DNA of 64,000 nt from Thermoproteota archaeon. Its GTDB lineage: Archaea; Korarchaeota; Korarchaeia; Korarchaeales; Korarchaeaceae. Positions 35,282 through 44,793 of this stretch are shown piece after piece. Within the stretch, counting starts at the first letter, position 1. Each line of letters starts with the position of its first letter. The DNA lies in contig JAOZFN010000005.1 of NCBI GenBank assembly GCA_027492205.1, positions 32,001-96,000 on the forward strand. Direction: 5' to 3'. The translations under genes and the position numbers were made by a program. The notes under the pieces are model-generated. The model searched no databases. It had not been told where the DNA came from and saw only the letters and a program-made list of their open reading frames with translations.

Positions 35282-38146
35282 TTGCGGGTGCCTACGGTCT
35301 TCGACCAACTCCCGGAAGAGATGAGAGAGGCGCTGGCTTCTAGGGGGATAAGGGAGCCCACGCCCGCACAGGCGGAGGCAATCCCCCTCATACTCAGCGG
35401 CAAGAACGTCCTGCTGGTGGCCCCCACGGGATACGGCAAGACGGAGGCCGCCGTCCTTCCGCTGCTAGCGAGGCTCAAGGCTCAGCCAGCTGGGGAGGGA
35501 GTCAAGCTCCTTTACGTGACTCCGCTCAGGGCCCTGAACCGGGACCTCGAGGACAGGATCCGGTGGATGGCCTCCAGCGTGGGCCTCTCGGTGGCTGTCA
35601 GGCACGGCGACACCACCCAGTCGGAGAGGAGGAGACAGTCTCTCCACCCACCCGACGTACTCGTGACGACCCCGGAGACCCTGCAAGTCCTGCTCGTGGG
35701 CCGAAGGCTCAGGTCTCACATGAGGTCCGTCGCGGCCGTCGTAATCGATGAGGTACACGAGCTGGTGGACGACAAGCGCGGAGTGCAGCTCGCCGTGGCT
35801 CTCGAGAGGCTCAAGGAGCTGGTTGGGCGCCCATTCCAGAGGGTGGCCCTCTCAGCAACGGTCGGCGACCCGCGCCTGGTCGGCAGGGCGTTCTTCGGCG
35901 GCGAGCCCTTCGAGGTGGTTGACGTCTCGGCCATGAAGGAGATGGAACTGAGGGTTCTGCTCCCGGAGCCATCCGAAGAGGATGTCAAGTTGGCAAGCGA
36001 GACGGGTGCCGACCCGGGCGTCGTCGCGAGGATCAGGACCATCACGGAGGCGGCCTCCTCCGCAAGCTCAACCCTCCTATTCACGAACACGAGGTCTGCG
36101 GCTGAGGCCCTCGGGCACAGGCTCGCAAAGTGGTTCCCCAAGCTCGCGGTGTCGGTACACCATAGCTCCCTCTCCAGGGATGTCAGGGTTGAGGCAGAGC
36201 GAGCGCTCAAGAGCGGCGAGCTGGACACGCTCGTCTCCACCAGCTCCCTCGAGCTCGGCATAGACGTGGGCCACGTAGACCTGGTGGTCCAGTACATGAG
36301 CCCCAGGCAGGCGACGAGGCTGGTGCAGAGGGTGGGCAGGAGCGGCCACAGGGTTGGGGAGGTCAGCAGGGGGGTCGTCGTGACTTCGGATGCGGACGAG
36401 TTTCTGGAGTCCTTGGTGATATGCCGACGGGCCAAGGGCGGCGAGCTGGAGGTCCCAAAGATACCGCCCAAACCTCTTGATGTGGCCCTCCACCAGACCG
36501 TCGGCCTCCTCTTGGAGTACAGGAGGATCCCCACAGTGAGCGCCCTCTCCATACTCAGGAGGGTCCACGCCTACGCCGAGCTAACGAGGGACGAACTCGT
36601 GGAGACGCTCAGGTACGTCTACTCCAGCTGGAACAGGCCCCTGTGGATCTCAGAAGATGGCGAGTTCCTCGCGCTGCCGCACAGGCGCGAGAACTCGTAC
36701 CGCTACTACTTCGAGAACCTCTCGACCATTCCCGACGAGCGTAGGTACCCCGTGGTCGAGGAGAGTTCGGGCCTTCTGATAGGCTATCTCGACGAGGCGT
36801 TCGTGCTGGACGATCTGTACCCGGGGGTCAAGTTCGTGTTCAAGGGCTCCGTGTGGGTCTTCAGGAGGATAGAGGCTGGCAGAGTGCTGGTGGTCAGGGC
36901 CGAAGATCCCACTGGCGCTATACCGAGCTGGGTTGGGGAGGACCTCCCCGTCCCGTTTGACGTGGCCGTCGAGGTTGGCAGGCTCAGGCGGATTGCTGAG
37001 GAGGAAATCAAGTCGGCGGGGGTCGAAGGAGCCGTTCGAACCATCCTGAGGGGCTACCCCTTCGCCGATGCGGAGGACGTGAGGAGGGCCATTCAGCCGA
37101 TACGGGAGCACGTCAAGCTTGGAGTCCCCGTGGGGACGGACAGGAGGGTGGTGATCGAGGGATTCTCAAACTACGCGGTGATCCACTCCTGTGCGGGGAC
37201 CTTGGTGAACAGGACCCTCTCCCGCCTGCTGGGCCAGGTCATGGTCGAGGAGGTCGGGCTGGGCGTGCTCACCAACTCTGACCCCTACAGGATAATCCTG
37301 AAGCCGGCCAGCGTGGAGATCGTGGAGAGGGCGCTTCACTCCCTCCTCGAGAGGGACTTGAGGAGTCTGCTGCTCAGGATCCTCCCGAGGACCGGCAGGT
37401 TTGGCGTGAGGGTTCTCCAGGTGGCGAAGAGAATGGGGCTCATCTCCAAGGCCGCGAGCTTGAGGGAGCTCAGCCTCAAGAAGATAGTCGAGGCCTACGA
37501 GGGCACCCCTGTCTACAGAGAGGCGATATCGGAGTCTCTTAACAGGGACTACGACTTGGAGGGCGCCGAGAGGCTCGTGTCCTCGATGGAAACCGGTGAG
37601 ACCCAGATTGTGACCGTCGTGAGGGACTCGCCCAGCCCCCTAGCCTGGCTGGGACTGCGCCGCTCTCAGTTCTTCCTTGAGATACTCCCGCCGGAGAGCC
37701 TCGAGAGAATTCTGCTGCAGGCGGCTAAGGCGAGGATTCTAGGCACGGATCTCGTGGTGGTCTGTCCCTTCTGCTGGTCCTGGTGGACGAGCGTGAAGGT
37801 GAAGACGCTCCTAGACACCCGCATGACGCTCACCTGCCCGTCCTGCGGATCCAAGGCGCTGGCCGCGTTCTCTGGCAGGTGGGCCTCCCGCGCAGTTCAG
37901 GCGGTCGAGGAGGCAAGGAAGAGAGGCAGACCGGCGGTCTCAGACTCAGAACTCGCTGATCGGGCTTTCAGACTTGCCACCCTGACCGAGAGGTTCGGGA
38001 GCCTGGCCCTGGTGGCGGCCGCGGCCAGGGACGTAGATCCGGAGGACCTCAGTTTTCTCCTGACAAGACACGAGGAGGCCGACGACGAGTTCTTCAGGGA
38101 ACTCGCCAGGCTGGAGTCCGAGTCCATACGCAGGAGGTACCTGTGA
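35282..38146 (+). CDS. lhr: Lhr-like SF2 DEAD/H helicase with C-terminal Zn ribbon
   Basis: APTGYGKT, TPLRALNRD, TTPETL, IDEVH, HHSSLS, TSSLELGIDVG, QRVGRSGH, IPSWVGE, CPFC...CPSCG. Confidence 0.93.
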   Translation: MRVPTVFDQLPEEMREALASRGIREPTPAQAEAIPLILSGKNVLLVAPTGYGKTEAAVLPLLARLKAQPAGEGVKLLYVTPLRALNRDLEDRIRWMASSVGLSVAVRHGDTTQSERRRQSLHPPDVLVTTPETLQVLLVGRRLRSHMRSVAAVVIDEVHELVDDKRGVQLAVALERLKELVGRPFQRVALSATVGDPRLVGRAFFGGEPFEVVDVSAMKEMELRVLLPEPSEEDVKLASETGADPGVVARIRTITEAASSASSTLLFTNTRSAAEALGHRLAKWFPKLAVSVHHSSLSRDVRVEAERALKSGELDTLVSTSSLELGIDVGHVDLVVQYMSPRQATRLVQRVGRSGHRVGEVSRGVVVTSDADEFLESLVICRRAKGGELEVPKIPPKPLDVALHQTVGLLLEYRRIPTVSALSILRRVHAYAELTRDELVETLRYVYSSWNRPLWISEDGEFLALPHRRENSYRYYFENLSTIPDERRYPVVEESSGLLIGYLDEAFVLDDLYPGVKFVFKGSVWVFRRIEAGRVLVVRAEDPTGAIPSWVGEDLPVPFDVAVEVGRLRRIAEEEIKSAGVEGAVRTILRGYPFADAEDVRRAIQPIREHVKLGVPVGTDRRVVIEGFSNYAVIHSCAGTLVNRTLSRLLGQVMVEEVGLGVLTNSDPYRIILKPASVEIVERALHSLLERDLRSLLLRILPRTGRFGVRVLQVAKRMGLISKAASLRELSLKKIVEAYEGTPVYREAISESLNRDYDLEGAERLVSSMETGETQIVTVVRDSPSPLAWLGLRRSQFFLEILPPESLERILLQAAKARILGTDLVVVCPFCWSWWTSVKVKTLLDTRMTLTCPSCGSKALAAFSGRWASRAVQAVEEARKRGRPAVSDSELADRAFRLATLTERFGSLALVAAAARDVDPEDLSFLLTRHEEADDEFFRELARLESESIRRRYL

Positions 38147-38152
38147 CAGCCT

Positions 38153-38461
38153 TCAGGGCGCCGCGGCCTCATACGCCTGCAGCGCCCTCTTGACGACGTA
38201 GAAGAAGATCGCCGTTGCCCCCATGGCTGCGGCCACGAGGACGGCGGCCAGCCAGCCCGGTACCTCCCTCCCGTACGCGAATATGAAGGGGCCTACGATC
38301 ACAAAGCCCCCGCCAGACCCCCCGCCCTCCAGAGATCCCAGCGCGAGAAGGAGGGTTCCTATGAAGATCATCGCCACACCGAGCAGGAACAGGGCCGCCC
38401 TGAAGAAGGCTCGCTGGATCTCCCTGCCTATCTCGACGTCCAAGCTCTCCCCGACCCCCAC
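38153..38461 (-). CDS. DUF131-family small membrane protein
   Basis: TM helix, Gly linker, GGFVIVGPFIFAYG, TM helix. Confidence 0.75.
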   Translation of the reverse strand: MGVGESLDVEIGREIQRAFFRAALFLLGVAMIFIGTLLLALGSLEGGGSGGGFVIVGPFIFAYGREVPGWLAAVLVAAAMGATAIFFYVVKRALQAYEAAAP

Positions 38462-38464
38462 GCC

Positions 38465-38734
38465 TCATCCCCCCGTCATCACGTAAAGAGCCAGGAGGGT
38501 TATTGCCATGGCGAGCCCCGAGAGCACGAGCAGCAGTAGCATCCCTTTTGTCAAGTTCCTTCCGAACACTATGGGTACGGGTCCTATCAGGATGATTCCC
38601 CCCACGACCTCGGACCTCCCCTCCCCCTCCCCTCCCCGCCCTTCCCTTCCCCTTCCAGGGACGAGGAGGGAGATCACCATCAGCAGCAGGCCCGTCACCA
38701 GGAGGAAGAGACCGAGGGTCTGAACCGGATTCAC
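38465..38734 (-). CDS. DUF131-family small membrane protein
   Basis: TM helix, charged linker, GGIILIGPVPIVFG, TM helix. Confidence 0.85.
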   Translation of the reverse strand: MNPVQTLGLFLLVTGLLLMVISLLVPGRGREGRGGEGEGRSEVVGGIILIGPVPIVFGRNLTKGMLLLLVLSGLAMAITLLALYVMTGG

Positions 38735-38741
38735 CGGTCCA

Positions 38742-40109
38742 TCACCTCCCGCACGCCGCCCTCAGTCTCTCCACGAACCCTCTCTCTCCTAGGACCTTGA
38801 TCACCCCCTCGGCGGTGAGGGTCATGCCCGGCTCAGGGTAGGAGGCCCTGCCGCGGCGGTCGTACACCGCGACGACCGTCAGGTTGAACTCCTCCTGGAC
38901 CTGGCTTACTGTCATCCCGTTCACCCGCCCGCCTACTCTCAGGGCTGCGTAGACGGGCGCACCCTCCTCAAAGTGTGGGGAGGACGGTTGAAGGCTCTCG
39001 AGATCTGTCGCCGCTATGATCTCGGCTATCCGCTCCCCAGCTCTCCCGTCACCGAAGGGATTTCTGGCCTTTCTGATTCTCCTCCTCCAGGACGACTTGT
39101 AGAAGAAATCTCTCACCGCCTTGACGATCCGTCCCGGATGGGCCCCGACTATCAACCCGCCGCCCAGCTCTATTATCTCGGGCCTCTCCGTGTTGTCCCT
39201 CAGTATTGCGCAGGGCACCCCGAGCGTGAAGGCTTCCTCCTGAACCCCCCCAGAGTCGGTTGCTACAGCTGTCGAGGCCGAGAGGAGGCTCAGAAAATCT
39301 AGATAGCCGAGAGGTTTCATCACCTTGATGTGAGGGGCCCTGACAAGGTCATCCAAGAGCCTTCTCTCTCTCAGCACCCTCGCCGCGTGGGGGTGGAGGG
39401 GCCACACGACGAGGGCCTCGTCAAGCTCGAGGAGGGCCTCCACTATCCCCGTTAGCCTTTCAGGGCGGTCCAAGTTCTCCCTCCTGTGAACGGTCACCAG
39501 GAGGGTCAGCTTGCTGGAATCTATCCGGAGCTTCCTGAGGATCTTGGACCTCTCCCTCGCCGCTGGGAGCATTGTGTGAACCGCGTCCACTACCGTGTTC
39601 CCGGTGAGCCTGACCTTGGAGGGGGGAATGCCCTCGTTCAGAAGGTTCTCCACCGCCCTCGCCGTGGGGGCGAAGTTGAGGGCGGCCAGGTGGTCGGAGA
39701 CCCTCCTGTTGATCTCCTCGGGCATGGTGAGGTCGAAGCTCCTCAGCCCCGCCTCCACGTGGAGGAACGGGATTCCCAGCTTGGTGCAAGCTAGGGCCGT
39801 CCCAAGGACGGCGTTCGTGTCCCCCACCGCCAGGACCGCCTCGGGAAGAAACTCGCCGAGCACCTCCTCTGCCCTCATCACGGTCTCAGCCGTCTGGTAG
39901 GCGTGACTGCCAGACCCGACGCCCAGCTCGGCCACCGGCTCGGGCAGCCTGAACTCGTCGAGGAACACCCTGCTGAGCTCCCTGTCGTAGTGCTGCCCGA
40001 CGTGGACGAGGTCGACCGGGATGCCCCTCCTCTCCAGGGAGTGTATCACCGGCGCCGCCTTGATGATCTCCGGCCGCGTGCCCACGAAGAATAGGAGGCT
40101 CCTGCCCAT
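38742..40109 (-). CDS. wecB: UDP-N-acetylglucosamine 2-epimerase (non-hydrolysing) with C-terminal RCK_C/TrkA-C-like domain
   Basis: GTRPEIIK, GQHYD, GDT, HVEAGLRS..MPEEINR, HRREN, TDSGGVQEEA, TERPE, NPFGDG. Confidence 0.93.
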   Translation of the reverse strand: MGRSLLFFVGTRPEIIKAAPVIHSLERRGIPVDLVHVGQHYDRELSRVFLDEFRLPEPVAELGVGSGSHAYQTAETVMRAEEVLGEFLPEAVLAVGDTNAVLGTALACTKLGIPFLHVEAGLRSFDLTMPEEINRRVSDHLAALNFAPTARAVENLLNEGIPPSKVRLTGNTVVDAVHTMLPAARERSKILRKLRIDSSKLTLLVTVHRRENLDRPERLTGIVEALLELDEALVVWPLHPHAARVLRERRLLDDLVRAPHIKVMKPLGYLDFLSLLSASTAVATDSGGVQEEAFTLGVPCAILRDNTERPEIIELGGGLIVGAHPGRIVKAVRDFFYKSSWRRRIRKARNPFGDGRAGERIAEIIAATDLESLQPSSPHFEEGAPVYAALRVGGRVNGMTVSQVQEEFNLTVVAVYDRRGRASYPEPGMTLTAEGVIKVLGERGFVERLRAACGR

Positions 40110-40215
40110 GTTCTCACGTCGGCGCCCGCGTCACCTTTTTTAAAGTCGGCGTGAACCCGCCCCCGGCGATCTTTGCCTCCAGCGCCTCGGCAGAGGAGGG
40201 AGAGAGGGGGTTTAC

Positions 40216-42570
40216 ATGATCATCCCGGAGCCCGTCAAGAAATTTTACGCATACACGTCCAAGAACCTCCGCAGGGACCTGGCGGAGGCGCTCGTCGAGT
40301 TTGACGAGGTCCACATGGAGCGGCCCGAAGATGTCCCCGGGTTGAAGCCGCCCTCAGAAGTCTCGACTGAACATCTGAGGCTCTACTCTGAACTCAAGAG
40401 GTCGGCAGAGAGGCTGATAGCCCACCTCGGGAAGGCGCCGGGGATCGAGTGGACCGGAGGAGATCTCACGCTCGAGGAGATTAGGGCCCTGCCCGACGAG
40501 GTCGACCGGGCAATAGGGGAGCTCCTCGAGATCCAGAGGGAACTGGACCTGGCGACCGCGGCGAAGAGGACGCTCAAGGATCTCGAAAAGAGGAGGGTTG
40601 AGCTAGAGGGGAAGATCGAGGAGCTCGAGGCGATGATCAGGCAGTACTACGAGGCCGCCGCTGCCGCGCTGGAGACCGACCCCCAGAAGCTCCGCCTGGC
40701 CAGGGCGCTTATTGACATGGACCGCTCCCTGGCCAGAGTCCTCTACCTCGTAGAGGCCGGGCTGTCCCCAACGTCCAGCGTGTCAGACAGGGTAGAGGTG
40801 GTTGATCGGGCCCTCGACGCGCTCGACACGCTCCGAGCGAATCTAGAGGAGGCCGCCGACCTCATGGGCGACGAGGCGACTGCCCTTCGGGACATCCTCT
40901 CGAGGCTGGAAGAGGCCCTGAAGGTCGCCGCGGCCAAGTTCTCGGAGGCCCAGTCCGCCGAAGAGAGCCTGGCGGAGATGAGGCTCGTCGAGCAGATGTG
41001 GGACAGGATAGTGGAGGCCGGCAAGAAGGTCCCCGAACTGGCCCCAATTCTGGCCGAGAGGGAGCCCAAGCTTGAGAGGCTCAAGCAGGAGATGGAGGCG
41101 CTGGAGGCCAGAAGGGACTCGCTCGTTGAAGAGGGCGTGAGGAGACTCGAGACCGCGAGAGAGGCCGCTGAGGAAATTCGGCTCAAGGTCTCCGAGTTCA
41201 GGGCGAAGGCCATAACCATCAGGGCGGTGGAGGCCGGCGAGGCGGCCTATAGGATCTCAGACCTAGTCAAAGAGGCTCAGCCGCTGCTGTCCGAACTCTC
41301 GAAAGTCAAGGAGGAGATGGACAGGCTGACCAGGTATGCAGAGAAGGGCGTCAAGAAGAAACTCAAGGAGGCCAGGGCCAAGGCGCTCACGGATCTCGAG
41401 GCGATGTTCGCCAAGGTGGTGCACGCCCTCGGTCAGATAAGGGGAGAGGCCGCCGTTGAGAAGCTTGAATCCGACTATATGCTCGAAGGGGTGGAGCTGG
41501 TCCTCACTCAGGGTTGGGTCCCAGCAAACAGGGCGGAGGTCCTAAAAGAGAAGCTCTCGAACAAGCTTGCGGGATTCTTGGGAATAGAGTTCGAGGAGCC
41601 GAAGAAGGGGGACAAGCCGCCCACGTACATCCGAGTCAGTAAGATCTTCAGGCCGTTCAGGCTGTTGACTCACAAGATGTACGGCCTCCCCAGGCTGAGA
41701 GAGCTAGATCCGACCCCGATCACGACGATACTTTTCTCCCTGATGTTCGGCTTCATGTACGGTGATCTGGGTCACGGACTAGTCCTAGCGGCCCTAGGGG
41801 CGCTTCTCATGAGGAGGTCAAAGAGCGAGAATATGCGCGAGTTCGGGGGAATTCTAATCTACGCGGGCCTGGCGGCGGCTCTGTTCGGCTTCTTGTACGG
41901 AGAGGCGTTCTTCATCCACCTAACAGAGCATAGCATCCTCCCCGCCCCCTCGAAGGAGCCTATGGGGCTGATTTCCCTTGCGGTGCTCTTTGGCGCGATC
42001 GAGCTGTCCATCGCCTTCATCCTCCAGGGCATCAACAAGATCGTCGAGGGAGACCTGCTCGGATCTCTCCTAGAGTTCCGAGGTTTTGGGACGTTCGCAG
42101 CCTACACTCTTGCGGTCTACGCTGCCTACCGGAACGGCGCGGACATCGCAACCACGATGACAGACCCCCTGTTCCGAGTGGCTGCCGGATTGGTGGTGAT
42201 GACAGTAATCTATCCGATCTTTGAGTCCCTGAGGCACGGACACGGCGTCGGGGAGGGTGTGGTCGAGGGGATAACCGTCTTCCTAGAGAGCACACTATCT
42301 CTCCTCAGCAACAGCCTCTCATTCCTAAGGCTGGCCGGATTCGCGATATCGCACGCAACCTTTGGAGTCCTGGCCCACGAACTCGCAGAGCACGCCACAT
42401 CGACTCTTGGGCACGTCATGCCGATAGTTGTGTTCAACATCTTCGCGATGGGGCTAGAGGGAATGGTATCGTTCATCCAAGCGCTTAGGCTCACCTTCTA
42501 TGAGCTGTTCACGAAGTTCTTCTCGGCCGCCGGTCGCAGATTCGTAACGATCAGAGACATGCTTGGGTAG
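40216..42570 (+). CDS. atpI: A/V-type ATP synthase subunit I (a)
   Basis: QGWVP, YGLP...ELDPT, FGFMYGDLGHG, SNSLSFLRLA (stator Arg), IQALRLTFYELFTKFF. Confidence 0.93.
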   Translation: MIIPEPVKKFYAYTSKNLRRDLAEALVEFDEVHMERPEDVPGLKPPSEVSTEHLRLYSELKRSAERLIAHLGKAPGIEWTGGDLTLEEIRALPDEVDRAIGELLEIQRELDLATAAKRTLKDLEKRRVELEGKIEELEAMIRQYYEAAAAALETDPQKLRLARALIDMDRSLARVLYLVEAGLSPTSSVSDRVEVVDRALDALDTLRANLEEAADLMGDEATALRDILSRLEEALKVAAAKFSEAQSAEESLAEMRLVEQMWDRIVEAGKKVPELAPILAEREPKLERLKQEMEALEARRDSLVEEGVRRLETAREAAEEIRLKVSEFRAKAITIRAVEAGEAAYRISDLVKEAQPLLSELSKVKEEMDRLTRYAEKGVKKKLKEARAKALTDLEAMFAKVVHALGQIRGEAAVEKLESDYMLEGVELVLTQGWVPANRAEVLKEKLSNKLAGFLGIEFEEPKKGDKPPTYIRVSKIFRPFRLLTHKMYGLPRLRELDPTPITTILFSLMFGFMYGDLGHGLVLAALGALLMRRSKSENMREFGGILIYAGLAAALFGFLYGEAFFIHLTEHSILPAPSKEPMGLISLAVLFGAIELSIAFILQGINKIVEGDLLGSLLEFRGFGTFAAYTLAVYAAYRNGADIATTMTDPLFRVAAGLVVMTVIYPIFESLRHGHGVGEGVVEGITVFLESTLSLLSNSLSFLRLAGFAISHATFGVLAHELAEHATSTLGHVMPIVVFNIFAMGLEGMVSFIQALRLTFYELFTKFFSAAGRRFVTIRDMLG

Positions 42571-42592
42571 GACAATTGAGTACGGTCAAACG

Positions 42593-42601
42593 TTTTTATA
42601 T
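42593..42601 (+). promoter_or_regulatory. internal TATA box upstream of atpK
   Basis: CAAACG-TTTTTATAT in the atpI-atpK spacer. Confidence 0.6.
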
Positions 42602-42672
42602 TCTGAAGAGAGCCCGCACCCGGCCGGATCGTGGCTCAGCATGAGCTATGACGGCTGTCAGGGGTGTTGAGT

Positions 42673-43020
42673 ATGGCTAGAAGGCTTGGGTTCGTAAAGA
42701 ACAAGATACTTGCGGCCATAGTACTCGCCCTGCCGATAGTGCTCCTACCTGCCTCTGTGTCGCTGGCTAGTCAGGTGGTTCAGGAGGAGGGTGCTCCCGT
42801 TGGCCAGGGGGGCAACCTCGGGTATATAGGCGCGGCCATCGCCGTAGTCGGCAGCACAATAGCCGCAGGCATAGCCCTATACGGAGTGGCCGTCGGAGGC
42901 AGCGCCCTCCTCGCCGAGAGGCCAGACATGTTCACGGCTGTGGTCGTGCTGGGAGGTCTCTCGGAGGGAGTCGCGATCTACGGGTTCCTCATAGGGTACC
43001 TGATCCTCGGCAAGCTCTAG
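42673..43020 (+). CDS. atpK: A/V-type ATP synthase subunit K (c, proteolipid), single hairpin with leader-like N-terminus
   Basis: IGAAIAV..AGIA...GG..LAERP...LSEGVAIYG with ion-binding Glu; no Q...ET Na+ signature seen. Confidence 0.93.
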   Translation: MARRLGFVKNKILAAIVLALPIVLLPASVSLASQVVQEEGAPVGQGGNLGYIGAAIAVVGSTIAAGIALYGVAVGGSALLAERPDMFTAVVVLGGLSEGVAIYGFLIGYLILGKL

Positions 43021-43041
43021 GCAGGAGGTCCCCCTCTCTCC

Positions 43042-43061
43042 TTTTTCGATCACCGTTTTTT
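43042..43061 (+). terminator. oligo-T terminator after atpK
   Basis: T5 and T6 tracts after a pyrimidine run, between convergent operons. Confidence 0.55.
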
Positions 43062-43133
43062 GGATCCTCTATCGGTGGGGGCGTCTCGTGGCTACCCTCT
43101 CCCGCCCGTTCGGGTAACCGAGTCCGGGCCAGA

Positions 43134-44159
43134 CTACCTCTCCTTGACTAGGTCGTACACCCTGTCACCGGTCAGCCCTGCTATCCGCGAGAGGAGGAGG
43201 GTCTTGATCCTGACCGCCTCCCACTCGACCTCTATCAGGTACGTCAGCAGGTATGCAGGCGAGATCGGCTTCTTTGTCCCGTACCTAAGGGCCCATGTCG
43301 ATATGTCCCTGTAAGCAGCCAGCTCGAGGATCCACGGCTGCCCGACCTTCTTGTACGAGTCCAGGACCTCCGTGGCCAGGTGTCGGTATCTCTCTATCCT
43401 GCCCAGCGCGACCAGCGCATCCCTCAGGTCTTCGGCCGAGCGGAGTATCTTGTACGCCGCAGGGTCCAGCCTGCCCTCAAACAACGTTAGGGGACTCCTC
43501 TCCCCTTTCAGCAGCGCCTTGAGCCCTGAGACCAGGAGTACCCTGTCCAGGTAGAGAGACAGGATCTCGTTGAAGGCCCCGTCCTTCCTCAGCGGCTTGG
43601 CTGCCTGGGCGCTGGACACAACGAGGTCTCTGTAGGCGACGTCGAGCGTCAGATCGAGGGCGGTGAGGTCCTTGTCTCCCTCTGCCAGCCACCTCCTCAG
43701 CTGACTCTTGATCTCCTCTACCCTTATCAGATCCACCAGCTGCTCCACGGAGTTAGCCTTGGCCAGCACGGCGACGTCGAGCACGAACCCCTGTATCGGC
43801 AGGAGAGCGGTCTCCTCTAGGGCCGTGGCCCTCACCAAGGAGTATATTATCCTCCTGATGTTCTCCAAGTCGTACTTCGCCATGTACGCCTTGAAGAACT
43901 CGGCAATCCCGCCGGTGACGAGGGATGTCACCTGCCTGGCTCTCCTGGCCATCACCCTGGCGTGAGCCTCCTCAATCTTGTCCGCCCTTCTAAGGTCCTC
44001 GGGCCCCGCGAAGAACGGGCCGTACTCGGTCTTCGCTAGCTCAGAGAAGAGGGCCTCGTCGTCCCCTACGAACGCCCAGGACTTCAGGGTCTCCTCGGGC
44101 ACGAGGTGAGTCTTGAGGCCATGGGCCCGGACGATCGCGTACCTGAGCCTGCTGCCCAA
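43134..44159 (-). CDS. atpC: A/V-type ATP synthase subunit C (d)
   Basis: Y...RAHGLK..L, YDLENIRRII, LDLTLD..Y, YL...EWE...IK; last gene of the atp operon. Confidence 0.85.
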   Translation of the reverse strand: MGSRLRYAIVRAHGLKTHLVPEETLKSWAFVGDDEALFSELAKTEYGPFFAGPEDLRRADKIEEAHARVMARRARQVTSLVTGGIAEFFKAYMAKYDLENIRRIIYSLVRATALEETALLPIQGFVLDVAVLAKANSVEQLVDLIRVEEIKSQLRRWLAEGDKDLTALDLTLDVAYRDLVVSSAQAAKPLRKDGAFNEILSLYLDRVLLVSGLKALLKGERSPLTLFEGRLDPAAYKILRSAEDLRDALVALGRIERYRHLATEVLDSYKKVGQPWILELAAYRDISTWALRYGTKKPISPAYLLTYLIEVEWEAVRIKTLLLSRIAGLTGDRVYDLVKER

Positions 44160-44160
44160 C

Positions 44161-44778
44161 TCACTCCCTCCCCTTCACCGACTTGTACTTCTTGACCCGC
44201 AGGAACTCCTCCAGGCCCTCTTCCTCCAGCACCTCCTCGATGTACTTGATTATCTCCTTGTGCTCCGGTATGACGAGCTTCTCCAGCGCGTTCACCTTCC
44301 TCATGGTCTCCGCCAGGCTCTCGGCGATCCTCTCGAACCTCGCCTCCACGTTCGCGGACTTGATGATCTCGTTGAGGGCCTCGGCCATCTTCTCCGCGGC
44401 AGCTATGACGGCGGCGTTGAGGGACGGCGTGGTGACGACCTCCAGCTCCCTCACCTCGATCTCCGGGACCTCCACCCCTATCACGCTCCTGACCCTCATC
44501 TTTGTCCTCATGGGCCTAGCTAGGAGGGCCGCCTTGGACGCCTCTGACGGCCCCGCGGTGGCGTAGGCCAGCCTCAGGAGCTCGTACGCCTCGACCATCT
44601 TCTTCTCTGCATCTTCCCTGATCTTGAGTTCCTTGATCAGCGCCTGGGCCTCCTTCACGAGCTGGTCCCTCTTCATCTTGAGGGCCTCAACGCCCCTCTC
44701 GAGGAACGAGACCCTCTCCCTCAGCCTGATCAGGAAGCCCTTGGTCGGGACGACCCTTCCGACGGACCTGGAGGACAA
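44161..44778 (-). CDS. atpD: A/V-type ATP synthase subunit D
   Basis: PTKG.L, LKMKRDQL, IGVEVP, RKVNALEKLVIP, EEF.RVK. Confidence 0.95.
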   Translation of the reverse strand: MSSRSVGRVVPTKGFLIRLRERVSFLERGVEALKMKRDQLVKEAQALIKELKIREDAEKKMVEAYELLRLAYATAGPSEASKAALLARPMRTKMRVRSVIGVEVPEIEVRELEVVTTPSLNAAVIAAAEKMAEALNEIIKSANVEARFERIAESLAETMRKVNALEKLVIPEHKEIIKYIEEVLEEEGLEEFLRVKKYKSVKGRE

Positions 44779-44793
44779 TGCCCCTCACCGGAG

